Below, piece by piece: positions 37,178 through 46,401 of a DNA stretch of 64,000 bases (position 1 is its first letter; every line of letters begins with the position of its first letter). The stretch spans positions 57,378-121,377 of the forward strand of contig JAZKZH010000007.1 in NCBI GenBank assembly GCA_045612545.1. The letters run 5' to 3'. The DNA is from Eubacteriales bacterium. GTDB lineage: Bacteria > Bacillota > Clostridia > Oscillospirales > CAG-382. The notes beneath the pieces were generated by a model. It searched no databases and was not told the origin of the DNA. It was given only the letters and a program-made list of their open reading frames with translations. Both the position numbers and the translations under genes were made by a program.

Positions 37178-38758
37178 TTGGCTAAAAAATGCATCTATTG
37201 CGGCATGGTCTTAACAGATGATCCGGAGGTTTGTCCCATCTGCGGCACGCCGGTGGGCGCAAAGGCCAAAGATCTTTCCCCTGCTTTTGCGGAGCTGAAC
37301 GGCGAAAAACGGCTTAAACTGCTATGGACGCTGATCATTTGCGGATTTTTGATTCTGGTTGCGGGAGTTTTTCTGTGGAGCAAGCTATCCGCCTCGGAGG
37401 AGACAACCGTCTCCCCGGAGGAAAAATATGCCGATCATTTGTTTTTGGACACCCGCGGCGTGGGGGTTTGCAAAAAGCTGATCGGTAAGGTGGAGCTGTT
37501 CTTCGTGTTTGTGGACGACCCGCAAAGCGACTGGACTCCCGAGGAGAAGACCTCCGCCACAGAGCAGTTGAACGCCGAAATTGCCGCCTTGGAAAAGGAA
37601 GCGCTGAATTTCGGGGTGACCTTGGAGATCCATCCCTATTATACAAGCTTAAAGCTGGCATCCTCCGCCGACCACGGGGAGATCCACGTTTGGGAGCATC
37701 TGTATGCCCGACAAAATGGGTACGATTCCCTTGCTATCATGCAACGGGATCGGGCGCTTTCTTCCTCCCCCTCCTCTGCACCGGTGGTGTTCCTGTTCAA
37801 CTACACCGGAAGATCCTACGCTTACTCGGATACTCGACCCGACCAGCCGGAGGTAGCGGTGCTGTTTGAGATGGAGGCGTTCCGTCATGAATTGTTCCAT
37901 TTATATGGCGCAAAGGATTTCTACTACCACCAACTGACGGAAAGCTCCGCAAAGAAGTATCTTCCCGGCAGTATTATGAATGACGGAAACGGTATCGACG
38001 ATCTCACCGCCTACACCATCGGCTGGATGGAAACCCTGACGGAAAACGCCGCCGCATTCTTGGAGGCCACCGCCAAGATCACCTACGAAGATCTGATCCT
38101 GGCCCAAACAGGCGACCAATTCACCGGAGTGGGTTCCTTTGAGTACGGTGACGGCAGTCTATACGTGGGAGATCTGGTCTTCGGCGTGCCTCACGGGGAG
38201 GGAAAGGTTACGTCTCCCGACGGCTCGGTATACGAGGGCAGTATGGAAGGCGGCTATCCCCACGGAGAAGGCAAGTTCACCGATGTCACCAACGGTTATT
38301 GCTACGAGGGCGAATTCAACTACGGCGCACTCCACGGAGAAGGTACTCTGACCTACGACGACGGCACGGTATATATCGGAAGCTTCAAAGACAGCTCCTT
38401 CCACGGCTACGGGGAATACACCAATACGTTGGAGGGCTTTCACTACAAAGGATACTTCTCGGAAGGCTTATTCCACGGGGAAGGCACCTTGACCTACAAC
38501 AACGGAGATCAATACGTTGGCGAATTCCGGGACGGAAAGCCCCATGGGCAGGGTACTTACACCTACGCAGACGGTGGAAAATACGAGGGCGGGTTCATAA
38601 ACGGCAAGTTCGACGGCCAAGGGACCTACACCTACGCAGACGGAAGTATCTACACAGGCCAGTTCAAAAACGGAAAATTCGACGGAAAAGGTACGATCAC
38701 CCATCCCGACGGCACCGTGGAAAGCGGCACTTGGTCAGAGGGCGAATTTGTAGGATAA
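37178..38758 (+). CDS. zinc-ribbon / TM / HExxH-domain protein with C-terminal MORN repeats
   Basis: TTG start preceded by TAGGAGG. N-terminal CIYCG..CPICG, one TM helix, FRHELFHLYG (HExxH), then about 8 repeats of Y.G....G..HG.G (MORN). Confidence 0.8.
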   Translation: MAKKCIYCGMVLTDDPEVCPICGTPVGAKAKDLSPAFAELNGEKRLKLLWTLIICGFLILVAGVFLWSKLSASEETTVSPEEKYADHLFLDTRGVGVCKKLIGKVELFFVFVDDPQSDWTPEEKTSATEQLNAEIAALEKEALNFGVTLEIHPYYTSLKLASSADHGEIHVWEHLYARQNGYDSLAIMQRDRALSSSPSSAPVVFLFNYTGRSYAYSDTRPDQPEVAVLFEMEAFRHELFHLYGAKDFYYHQLTESSAKKYLPGSIMNDGNGIDDLTAYTIGWMETLTENAAAFLEATAKITYEDLILAQTGDQFTGVGSFEYGDGSLYVGDLVFGVPHGEGKVTSPDGSVYEGSMEGGYPHGEGKFTDVTNGYCYEGEFNYGALHGEGTLTYDDGTVYIGSFKDSSFHGYGEYTNTLEGFHYKGYFSEGLFHGEGTLTYNNGDQYVGEFRDGKPHGQGTYTYADGGKYEGGFINGKFDGQGTYTYADGSIYTGQFKNGKFDGKGTITHPDGTVESGTWSEGEFVG

Positions 38759-38815
38759 AAAAGGATAAAAGGACTCCCGGTGGTTAAACCATCGGGAGTT
38801 TTGCTTTTGTTTCGT

Positions 38816-39763
38816 TCAATCCACGCGGTTGCGTTTTTCTCCTGCGGAGAAGGCGCGGATATTTTCCGCCACCTCGATAAGAAGTCTGGCGCGGGCTTCC
38901 TCTGCCGCCCAGCCGATGTGGGGAGTGACGAGACAATTCTTGGCGGTACGGTAGGGGCACTCAAGGGACATAGGCTCTGCCTCCAGCACGTCGATGCCCG
39001 CCCCTGCAATCACACCGCTGTTCAATGCGTCTGCCAAAGCCTGCTCCTCCACCACGGCACCGCGGGAGGTGTTCACAAGGAAGGCAGTGGGCTTCATCAT
39101 GGCCAGCTCTTCCCTGCCGATGAGCCCCTTGGTCTGCTCGGTCAAAGGACAATGGAGGGTGAGGAAATCACAGCGGCGAAGCACCTCCTCAAGGGAAGCA
39201 AATTCCGCCACGCCGTCCTCCTTCGGGGTGCGGGTATGCACCAACAGCTTCATGCCGAAGGCGTGGCCGATCTGCGCCACCTTTTTGCCGATTCCGCCGT
39301 AGCCCACGATCCCCAGAGTCTTCCCCGCCAGCTCATGAATGGGCCAGGAAAGGTAGGTATAGCGGGTGGAGGCGCACCAGACCCCGTCACGGACGGAGGC
39401 TTGGTATTTGTTCAAGGAGACGGCAAACTGCAAGAAGAATCCAAACACCAGCTGTGCCACCGCATCCGTGGAATATCCCGGCACGTTGCAAACCGCCACG
39501 CCCCGCTCCCTTGCGGTGACCAGATCGATGTTGTTGTACCCCGTAGCAAGGAGACAGATGCACTTCAGCTTGGGGCAGGCATCGAAAAACGCCTTGTCCA
39601 CCACGGTTTTATTGAGGATCAATACCTCCGCGTCCTTTGCGGCGGCACGCATTTCCGATTTGTCGTAGGATTCGCAGTATACCACCTCACCCAAGGCGTT
39701 AAAGGGGGTGAGATCCATATCTCCCACCGTCACGGTGGTGCGTTCTAAAAATACGATGTTCAT
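38816..39763 (-). CDS. D-isomer-specific 2-hydroxyacid dehydrogenase (glycerate/hydroxypyruvate reductase-like)
   Basis: NAD-binding motif GIVGYGGIGKKVA. Catalytic region NTSRGAVV..AGIDVLEAEP..TPHIGW (Arg/Glu/His triad context). Confidence 0.88.
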   Translation of the reverse strand: MNIVFLERTTVTVGDMDLTPFNALGEVVYCESYDKSEMRAAAKDAEVLILNKTVVDKAFFDACPKLKCICLLATGYNNIDLVTARERGVAVCNVPGYSTDAVAQLVFGFFLQFAVSLNKYQASVRDGVWCASTRYTYLSWPIHELAGKTLGIVGYGGIGKKVAQIGHAFGMKLLVHTRTPKEDGVAEFASLEEVLRRCDFLTLHCPLTEQTKGLIGREELAMMKPTAFLVNTSRGAVVEEQALADALNSGVIAGAGIDVLEAEPMSLECPYRTAKNCLVTPHIGWAAEEARARLLIEVAENIRAFSAGEKRNRVD

Positions 39764-39821
39764 AAATCAATCCAATCCCCGAAAACGACAGTTTTCGGCA
39801 AAATAAGTTTCTTTGGAGATT

Positions 39822-39859
39822 GTTAAGAACCTTTCTTTTTCGAAAGAAAGGTTCTTAAC
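39822..39859. repeat. perfect 17-bp-stem hairpin with TTCG loop (U-tract-less terminator or processing site)
   Basis: GTTAAGAACCTTTCTTT TTCG AAAGAAAGGTTCTTAAC. It begins 3 nt after the symporter stop codon and lies upstream of the dehydrogenase gene. Confidence 0.8.
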
Positions 39860-39862
39860 ATA

Positions 39863-41437
39863 TTATTCGCCTAAAGACTTTTTAGCGCTGGAAACCACCT
39901 TTTCATCGTAGCAGGAGAACATTTCCTCCACGCCGGTGGGGCAGGACTTGCGGGTCAGCAGGCTCACCAAGGGAACCAAAACCAAGCCCAACAGCATAGC
40001 GAACACACCGGAATGCAAGGAGGTCTTGAACAGGAATCCATCCAACAGCTCCACACCGAAGGAGAAGCCGGTCAAGGACTTTACAAGCTGTACCAAGCTG
40101 ATAACCACACCGCAGACAAAGCTGACGTAAACGGAGGCGCGGGTAACCTTCTTGTGGAACAAGCCGTACAGGAAGGGCGCCAGGAAAGCGCCTGCCAATG
40201 CACCCCAGGAAACGCCCATGAGCTGCGCGATGAACACCACCTTGGATTTTGCCTGCACGATGGCGATCACGGCAGAGATCAGGATGAACAGCGCGATCAT
40301 CACACGCATCACGTTCATCTTGCCCTTTTCCGTCATCTTGCCCTTCATGGCGGGATTGATCAGATCCAGCGTAATGGTGGAGCCGCTGGTCAGCACCAAG
40401 GAAGACAGGGTGGACATGGAAGCGGAAAGCACCAGAACCAAAACCACAGCGATGAGAAGGTCGGGCATTCCCTCCAGCATGGCGGGAATGATGGCGTCGA
40501 AGCCTTTTTCCGCTACCGCCTCGGGAGTGAGGAACAGTCGACCAAAGCCGCCAATGAAGTAACAGCCCCCTGCCACCACGATGGCAAAGGCGGTGGAGAT
40601 AATAGTTCCCTTTCGCACGGCGGCCTCGTCACGGATGGCGTAGAATTTACCCACCATCTGAGGCAAGCCCCAAGTGCCGAGAGAGGTCAGCAGTACCACC
40701 ACCAGCAGGAACAAGGGATCCGGCCCTAAGAAGGAAGCGAATCCGCCAAGGAAGCTTTCCCCTGCGGGAGTCACAGCTTCCTTTTCCGCCAGAGCGATCA
40801 AGGAGCCGGTCAAACCGCCGTTTTGGGAAAGCACCGCCGCGATCACCGCCACGATACCGCCCAGCATGATGAGACCTTGAATAAAATCGTTCACCGCGGT
40901 GGCAACGTAGCCGCCGATGATGACGTAAATACCGGTGAGAATGGCCATCACGATCACACAGACCGCATAGTCCACACCGGGGAAGGCCATCTCAAAGAGA
41001 CGGGAAAGTCCGTTGAACAAGGATGCGGTGTAGGGGATCAGGAACACGAACACGATCACGGAGGCAAAGAGCTTTAAGCCCTTGCTTTGATATCGAAGCT
41101 CAAAAAAGTCCGGCATGGTGCGGGAATCCAGCTTTTGGGTCATCAAGCGGGTACGTCTGCCCAAAATCACCCAAGCCATCAAGGAGCCGATGAAGGCGTT
41201 GCCCAAGCCGATCCAAGTGGAGGCCACGCCGAAATTCCAGCCGAACTGCCCTGCGTAACCCACGAAGATCACCGCGGAAAAGTAGCTGGTACCGAAGGCG
41301 AAGGCTGTCAGCCACGGGCCAACCGCACGTCCGCCCAAAACAAAGCCGTTGACATCCGTAGCCTTAGCGCGGCAGTAAATGCCCACCCCAACGGTCACGG
41401 CAAAAAAGATCACCAGCAAAGCAATTTTCAAGATCAT
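39863..41437 (-). CDS. sodium:solute symporter family transporter
   Basis: About 13 TM segments. GFVLGGRAVGPWLTAFAFGTSYFSA is typical of SSF (PanF/PutP-like) transporters. I prefer the start at MILKIAL (GGAG 8 nt upstream) over the ATG at 41470. Confidence 0.85.
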   Translation of the reverse strand: MILKIALLVIFFAVTVGVGIYCRAKATDVNGFVLGGRAVGPWLTAFAFGTSYFSAVIFVGYAGQFGWNFGVASTWIGLGNAFIGSLMAWVILGRRTRLMTQKLDSRTMPDFFELRYQSKGLKLFASVIVFVFLIPYTASLFNGLSRLFEMAFPGVDYAVCVIVMAILTGIYVIIGGYVATAVNDFIQGLIMLGGIVAVIAAVLSQNGGLTGSLIALAEKEAVTPAGESFLGGFASFLGPDPLFLLVVVLLTSLGTWGLPQMVGKFYAIRDEAAVRKGTIISTAFAIVVAGGCYFIGGFGRLFLTPEAVAEKGFDAIIPAMLEGMPDLLIAVVLVLVLSASMSTLSSLVLTSGSTITLDLINPAMKGKMTEKGKMNVMRVMIALFILISAVIAIVQAKSKVVFIAQLMGVSWGALAGAFLAPFLYGLFHKKVTRASVYVSFVCGVVISLVQLVKSLTGFSFGVELLDGFLFKTSLHSGVFAMLLGLVLVPLVSLLTRKSCPTGVEEMFSCYDEKVVSSAKKSLGE

Positions 41438-41477
41438 AAAATTTCTCCAAAAAAAGAAAGGTTGAAACATTTGCGAA

Positions 41478-41996
41478 TCATTCGGGTTTTCCGTAAATCT
41501 CGCGGAAATACCATCGAGCCGGGTTATAAACCATATAATGCTCCACGGCCTCTCTGTCGTGAAAATTGCGGATCACATGGTCATATGCTCCCCGCTGGAA
41601 AACGGCTCTGCCGATCGCTTTGTTACACTGCCTTTTAAACATGGACACAAAGCAAGCGATCACTTCTGAAGCGGGTTCTTTCCTCTCCTGCCAGTCATCT
41701 TCAAGAACGGTTGCAATAAGATGAATGTGGTTTGGCATGATCACATAACGTTCCACACGCAGGTTTTTAGAGCGATTCGTCATCAAAAGATATTTCTCCG
41801 CGATTTTGCCGTAGTCCGACAAAACCACACGAACATAAGCTCCATCCCCATTATAAGGATAATCTCCCTCCGTCCCGGGTTCAATGCGAGAGAGAATGCA
41901 AGCTTTGTCCTTCACACAAATCGTCAGAAAATACGAGCCACCGTTGCTGTAACTATAACCTGCTAAACGGGTGTTTTTCCTTTTGGGAAGAGACAT
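41478..41996 (-). CDS. REP-associated tyrosine transposase (RAYT; IS200/IS605 TnpA-like Y1 HUH enzyme)
   Basis: 172 aa. The HUH motif is MPNHIHLI, and the C-terminal QRGAYDHVIRN....YMVYNPARW carries the catalytic Tyr helix. RBS AAGGAG. A REP doublet lies immediately upstream. Confidence 0.8.
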   Translation of the reverse strand: MSLPKRKNTRLAGYSYSNGGSYFLTICVKDKACILSRIEPGTEGDYPYNGDGAYVRVVLSDYGKIAEKYLLMTNRSKNLRVERYVIMPNHIHLIATVLEDDWQERKEPASEVIACFVSMFKRQCNKAIGRAVFQRGAYDHVIRNFHDREAVEHYMVYNPARWYFREIYGKPE

Positions 41997-42022
41997 GGCA
42001 AACTCCTTCGTTCAAGCAATTT

Positions 42023-42194
42023 GCGGAGCGTCTTACGGAGGTAACCCTCCTAAAGCCGCTCCCTACGGTCACAAACCCTGTTAGAGAGAAAAATATTCCG
42101 CTCATTTCATCGCAATAAGCGGCATTTTTTGCAAATGCTTCAAAAAATGTAGGGGGCGGCTTAAAACGCCGTTTCCGGCGGATAGACGCCCCGC
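42023..42194. repeat. REP doublet 3, directly upstream of the RAYT gene
   Basis: 42023-42078 ends ...GCCGCTCCCTACGGTCACAAACCC (reverse orientation). 42149-42194 reads GTAGGGGGCGGCTTAAAACGCCGTTTCCGGCGGATAGACGCCCCGC. The GTAG heads face inward as in doublets 1 and 2. Confidence 0.7.
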
Positions 42195-42210
42195 ATATCT
42201 TATACCGTAA

Positions 42211-42642
42211 TTACAGCTTCTGAATATCGGATTCCTGCACCAATTTGAATCCGGCGGCAACAAGAGCTTGTCCTGCAGCGACGTCATCTTTCACACGAAG
42301 AACCACGTAAGCGTGCTTCTCGGTGCGGGTCAAAAAGGCGTACAGATATTCAATATTGATCTTTGCCTCGTCCAACACGTTGAGGGCCTGGGCCAATCTG
42401 CCGGGGGCGTCGGAGATCTTCACCGCAATAACGGGGGTTATATTGACAATGTGTCCACCCTCCCGCAAAACGGCAAGAGCATGGTCTACGTCCTTCACTA
42501 TCAACCGCAACACGCCGAATTCCTGCGTATCCGCCATGGAAAGAGCACGAAGATCCACGTCATGGGCCGCAAGCTCTCGGGTAATCTCTGCCATTGCGCC
42601 CTGTCTGTTTTCTACAAAAACGGTTAACTGTCTGATAAGCAT
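42211..42642 (-). CDS. ACT domain-containing protein
   Basis: 143 aa with two ACT-like beta-alpha-beta-beta-alpha-beta units (LTVFVENRQGAMAEIT.., ISDAPGRLAQAL..). This is the typical partner gene downstream of paaK in iorAB clusters. Confidence 0.75.
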   Translation of the reverse strand: MLIRQLTVFVENRQGAMAEITRELAAHDVDLRALSMADTQEFGVLRLIVKDVDHALAVLREGGHIVNITPVIAVKISDAPGRLAQALNVLDEAKINIEYLYAFLTRTEKHAYVVLRVKDDVAAGQALVAAGFKLVQESDIQKL

Positions 42643-42657
42643 ACCTTTCTTCCTCCT

Positions 42658-43968
42658 TTAATGTAACTTACGTTTATCGATGACACGAACGGCCTTGCCC
42701 TCACTGCGGGCAATGGCCTTGGGGTTCACCAAATGCACCTTGGGCTTCACACCCACCATGGTCTTGATGGCTTCCGCCAAAGCGTTCTCTCTGGCAGAGA
42801 ACTTGCCAACGGTATCCTCAAACTGCTCTGCGGTGAGCTCCACGAACACGTCCAGGGTGTCGGAGTTGTTCACACGGTCTACCTCGATGTAGTAGTTTGG
42901 AGGATAGCCCTCCTTGAGCAGAACAGCCTCGATCTGGCTGGGGAACACGTTGACACCGCGGATGATCATCATATCGTCGCTTCTGCCCATGGGCTTGGAC
43001 ATCTTCACGTGGGTTCTGCCGCAGGAGCACTTCTTGCGGGACAGCACGCAGATATCCTTGGTACGGTAACGGAGCAAGGGGAAGGCCTCTTTGTCCAAGG
43101 CGGTGAACACCAATTCACCCTTGCTACCCTCGGGAAGCACCTCGCCGGTGTCGGGATCGATGATCTCCGCCAGAAAGTGATCCTCGTTGATATGCATACC
43201 CGTCTGCTCTTCACATTCAAAAGCAACGCCGGGGCCGGAGGTCTCGGTGAGACCGTAAATATCGTAGGCCTTGATGCCCAGAGAAGCCTCGATATCCCGA
43301 CGCATCTCCTCCGTCCAGGGCTCGGCACCGAAGATGCCCGCCTTCAGACGGTTGTCCTCGGGCTTGTAGCCCGCTTCCTTCAGGGATTCCCCCAGGTAAG
43401 CGGCATAGGAAGGAGTACAGCAAAGGATGGTGGCGTTCAGATCCATCATAAACTGGATCTGGCGCTCGGTATTGCCGGAGGACATGGGCAGGGTGAGACA
43501 GCCCACCTTATGGGAGCCGCCGTGCAACCCAGAGCCGCCGGTAAACAGACCGTAGCCGTAGCAAACCTGGCAGACGTCCTCCTTGCTGCCGCCAACGGCA
43601 ACGATGGCTCTTGCACAGCAATCCTCCCACAGATCCACATCCTTCTGGGTATAGAAGGCAACCACACGCTTGCCGGTGGTGCCGGAGGTGGAATGGATAC
43701 GCACGCACTCGGAAAGAGGCATCCCCAAAAGTCCGTAGGGGTACGCATCGCGAAGATCCGTCTTGGAAAGGAAGGGAAGCTTGGAGATATCCTCCAACTC
43801 CTTGATGTCGTCGGGGGTCACGCCCTGTTCTTCCATCTTTGCACGGTAATAGGGCACGTTTTCATATACGTGTCGAACCTGCTTCAGCAGCTTCTCCTTC
43901 TGCAATGCCCGAAGCTGCTCCAGAGGCATTGTTTCGATCTCTTCTTGATAATAACGCTTTGCTTCCAT
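42658..43968 (-). CDS. paaK: phenylacetate-CoA ligase family protein
   Basis: SSGTTGKRVV is the AMP-binding P-loop. The PaaK-type N-terminus is LQKEKLLKQVRHVYENVPYYR. The start at MEAKRYY is preceded by AGGAGA. Confidence 0.88.
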   Translation of the reverse strand: MEAKRYYQEEIETMPLEQLRALQKEKLLKQVRHVYENVPYYRAKMEEQGVTPDDIKELEDISKLPFLSKTDLRDAYPYGLLGMPLSECVRIHSTSGTTGKRVVAFYTQKDVDLWEDCCARAIVAVGGSKEDVCQVCYGYGLFTGGSGLHGGSHKVGCLTLPMSSGNTERQIQFMMDLNATILCCTPSYAAYLGESLKEAGYKPEDNRLKAGIFGAEPWTEEMRRDIEASLGIKAYDIYGLTETSGPGVAFECEEQTGMHINEDHFLAEIIDPDTGEVLPEGSKGELVFTALDKEAFPLLRYRTKDICVLSRKKCSCGRTHVKMSKPMGRSDDMMIIRGVNVFPSQIEAVLLKEGYPPNYYIEVDRVNNSDTLDVFVELTAEQFEDTVGKFSARENALAEAIKTMVGVKPKVHLVNPKAIARSEGKAVRVIDKRKLH

Positions 43969-43972
43969 GATC

Positions 43973-44545
43973 TTATTCTCCTCTGCCCAATGCAAAGGCC
44001 TTTTTGTTCATTTCTACGAATTTGGGGGCAACGGTGCTTTCAATGGCGGCGTACCACTTCTCTGCGGGGATGGGCAGCAGCTTGGACAGCACACCCATCA
44101 GCACGATGTTCACCGCCTTGGCACTGCCCGCCTCCTTGGCAAGGGACAGAGCATCCACCGCCGTAACCTTCACGCCCTTGGCAGTCAGCTCCTCCAGAAC
44201 GGATTCGGGATAAACCGCCGCGCCGGTGATGACCGGCATGGGGTCGATCTGCTGGGTATTGGTGATCACGGTGCCGCCTTCCTTCAGGCAAGCGGTATAG
44301 CGCGCCGCCTCGATCTTCTCAAAGGAGATGATAAAATCCGCTTCTCCCTCTCCGATCACCGGGGAATATACCTTTTCGCCGTAGCGCACGTAGGTGACAA
44401 CACTGCCGCCGCGCTGGCTCATACCGTGAACCTCGGATACCTTTACGTCGTATCCCTCTTCGGTGAGCAATCTGCCCAACAGCTTGGAGGCCAGCAGGCT
44501 TCCCTGCCCGCCCACACCTACGATCATAAGACTAGTTGTGTTCAT
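43973..44545 (-). CDS. iorB: indolepyruvate ferredoxin oxidoreductase, beta subunit
   Basis: 190 aa. IVGVGGQGSLLASKLLG...VHGMSQRGGSV is typical of the IorB / 2-oxoacid oxidoreductase gamma-like subunit. Confidence 0.88.
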   Translation of the reverse strand: MNTTSLMIVGVGGQGSLLASKLLGRLLTEEGYDVKVSEVHGMSQRGGSVVTYVRYGEKVYSPVIGEGEADFIISFEKIEAARYTACLKEGGTVITNTQQIDPMPVITGAAVYPESVLEELTAKGVKVTAVDALSLAKEAGSAKAVNIVLMGVLSKLLPIPAEKWYAAIESTVAPKFVEMNKKAFALGRGE

Positions 44546-44638
44546 ATATATTTTTTCCTTTCGTAGCCCGCCAAGGCGGGCGGTTGCTATGGCTTTTGCG
44601 GTGAAGCCTCAAAAGCCGGGTCTGAAAACGATCTGTTT

Positions 44639-46384
44639 TCAGACGTCGCCTCCTTCCAAAGCGTCAAAGGCACAGAGCTGCTTGCAAACGCCGCAGCCTA
44701 CGCAAAGGGTGGCGTCTACCACTGCCTTACCGTTTTTGAAGCTGATGGCGGGGCAACCCATGGTCATACAGCGGCGGCAGGAGCGGCATTTATCGTTGTT
44801 CACCGTCAAGGCGGGCTTCGCCTTCACGGATTTCAGCAATACGCAGGGTCTGCGGGAGATGATCACAGAGGGCTCGTTTGCCGCAAGCTCCTCCTTCAGC
44901 GCCGTATCGCAGGCCTTCAGGTCATAGGGGTCAACCACACGGACACGGTTAATACCCACGGAACGGCAAAGGGCTTCCAGATCCACCTTCAAGGCAGGAT
45001 CTCCCTTGATGTTGAAGCCGGTGGTGGGGTTCTGTTGGTGACCGGTCATACCGGTGATGGAGTTATCCAGAATGATCACGGTGGAGTTGGAGCCGTTGTA
45101 GGCTACGTTGATCAACCCTGTGACACCGGAATGCATAAAGGTGGAGTCGCCGATGACAGCCACGGTCTTTCCCTCGGAAGCCCCCTCCAGCACACGGTTG
45201 AAGCCGTGAACGCCGGAAACGGAAGCACCCATGCAAAGGGTGGTATCCACCGCGCAAAGGGGAGCAACCGCACCCAGAGTGTAACAACCGATATCACCCA
45301 AAACGGTGACCTTGTTCTTGGCAAGGGTGTAATACATTCCTCTGTGAGGACAGCCCGCGCACATCATGGGAGGACGGGGCGGGATCACGCTGTCTGCGGT
45401 GACACCGGGGGTCACTGCCTTGCCGAAGGCGGCGGCGATGGTGTTCTGAGAAAATTCCCCGATAATGGAGAACTTCTCCTTGCCGATGACGGGAATGCCC
45501 ATGGCCTTCACCGTCGTCTCGATAACGGGGTCAAGCTCCTCGATAACGTAGAGGGTCTCCACCTTGGAAGCAAATTCTGCGATCAGCTTCTTGGGCAGAG
45601 GATGGGGCATCCCGATCTTCAATACGGCAACGGAGTCGCCCAGGGCTTCTCTTACGTACTGATAGCAGGTGCCGGAGGTGATGATGCCCACCTTGCCGTC
45701 GCCGGTGTATTCCGCGCGGTTGAAGGGGCAGGTCTCGGCGTATTCTGCCAAGGCCTCCATGCGTGCTTCCACAACGGGATGGCGCTTCTTGGCGTTGCCG
45801 GGCATCATAACATATTTTTCCGCCTGCTTCACGTAGGGCTTCTTTTCTCTCTGTACTCTCTCCCCCACCTCGGTGATGGACTGGGAGTGAGCGATACGGG
45901 TGCACATTCTAAACAGCACGGGGGTATCGAACTGCTCGGAAAGCGCAAAGGCCGCCTTGGCAAACTGCAAAGATTCTTCGGAATCCGCAGGCTCCAGCAT
46001 GGGGAGCTTGGCGGCAATGGCGTAATGACGGCTATCCTGCTCATTCTGAGAGGAGTGCATAGCGGGGTCGTCTGCCACGCAGATCACCAAACCGCCGCCT
46101 ACACCGGTGTAGGACAGGGTGAACAGCGGGTCTGCCGCCACGTTCAGACCCACGTGCTTCATACAGCACACGGCTCTGCCCCCTGCAAGGGAAGCACCGA
46201 AGGCAACCTCCAAGGCAACCTTCTCGTTGGGCGCCCATTCGCTCTTTACTTCGCTGTCATCGTATTTTGCAAGAAATTCCGTAATTTCCGTGGAGGGAGT
46301 GCCGGGATAGCTGGAGACCAGATCCGCGCCCCCCTCATAAAGACCTCTGGCAACCGCTTCGTTGCCGATGAGAAGTTTTTTCAT
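44639..46384 (-). CDS. iorA: indolepyruvate ferredoxin oxidoreductase, alpha subunit
   Basis: The start at MKKLLIGNEAVARG is preceded by AAGGAGA. It contains the TPP-binding GDSTFMHSG motif and C-terminal ferredoxin-type clusters CRSCRRC...CP and CVGCGVC. The upstream 62 codons of the ORF-track call are rejected. Confidence 0.9.
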   Translation of the reverse strand: MKKLLIGNEAVARGLYEGGADLVSSYPGTPSTEITEFLAKYDDSEVKSEWAPNEKVALEVAFGASLAGGRAVCCMKHVGLNVAADPLFTLSYTGVGGGLVICVADDPAMHSSQNEQDSRHYAIAAKLPMLEPADSEESLQFAKAAFALSEQFDTPVLFRMCTRIAHSQSITEVGERVQREKKPYVKQAEKYVMMPGNAKKRHPVVEARMEALAEYAETCPFNRAEYTGDGKVGIITSGTCYQYVREALGDSVAVLKIGMPHPLPKKLIAEFASKVETLYVIEELDPVIETTVKAMGIPVIGKEKFSIIGEFSQNTIAAAFGKAVTPGVTADSVIPPRPPMMCAGCPHRGMYYTLAKNKVTVLGDIGCYTLGAVAPLCAVDTTLCMGASVSGVHGFNRVLEGASEGKTVAVIGDSTFMHSGVTGLINVAYNGSNSTVIILDNSITGMTGHQQNPTTGFNIKGDPALKVDLEALCRSVGINRVRVVDPYDLKACDTALKEELAANEPSVIISRRPCVLLKSVKAKPALTVNNDKCRSCRRCMTMGCPAISFKNGKAVVDATLCVGCGVCKQLCAFDALEGGDV

Positions 46385-46401
46385 ACCGTATATTTTTCTC
46401 C

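Noticed and set aside
35956-37194. 412-aa minus-strand ORF
   Set aside because: It is antisense to the DHHW lipoprotein gene, which has a lipobox, an RBS and a promoter. Its composition is that of a shadow frame.
38780-39748. 322-aa plus-strand ORF
   Set aside because: It is antisense to the 2-hydroxyacid dehydrogenase gene, which has a clear NAD-binding fingerprint.
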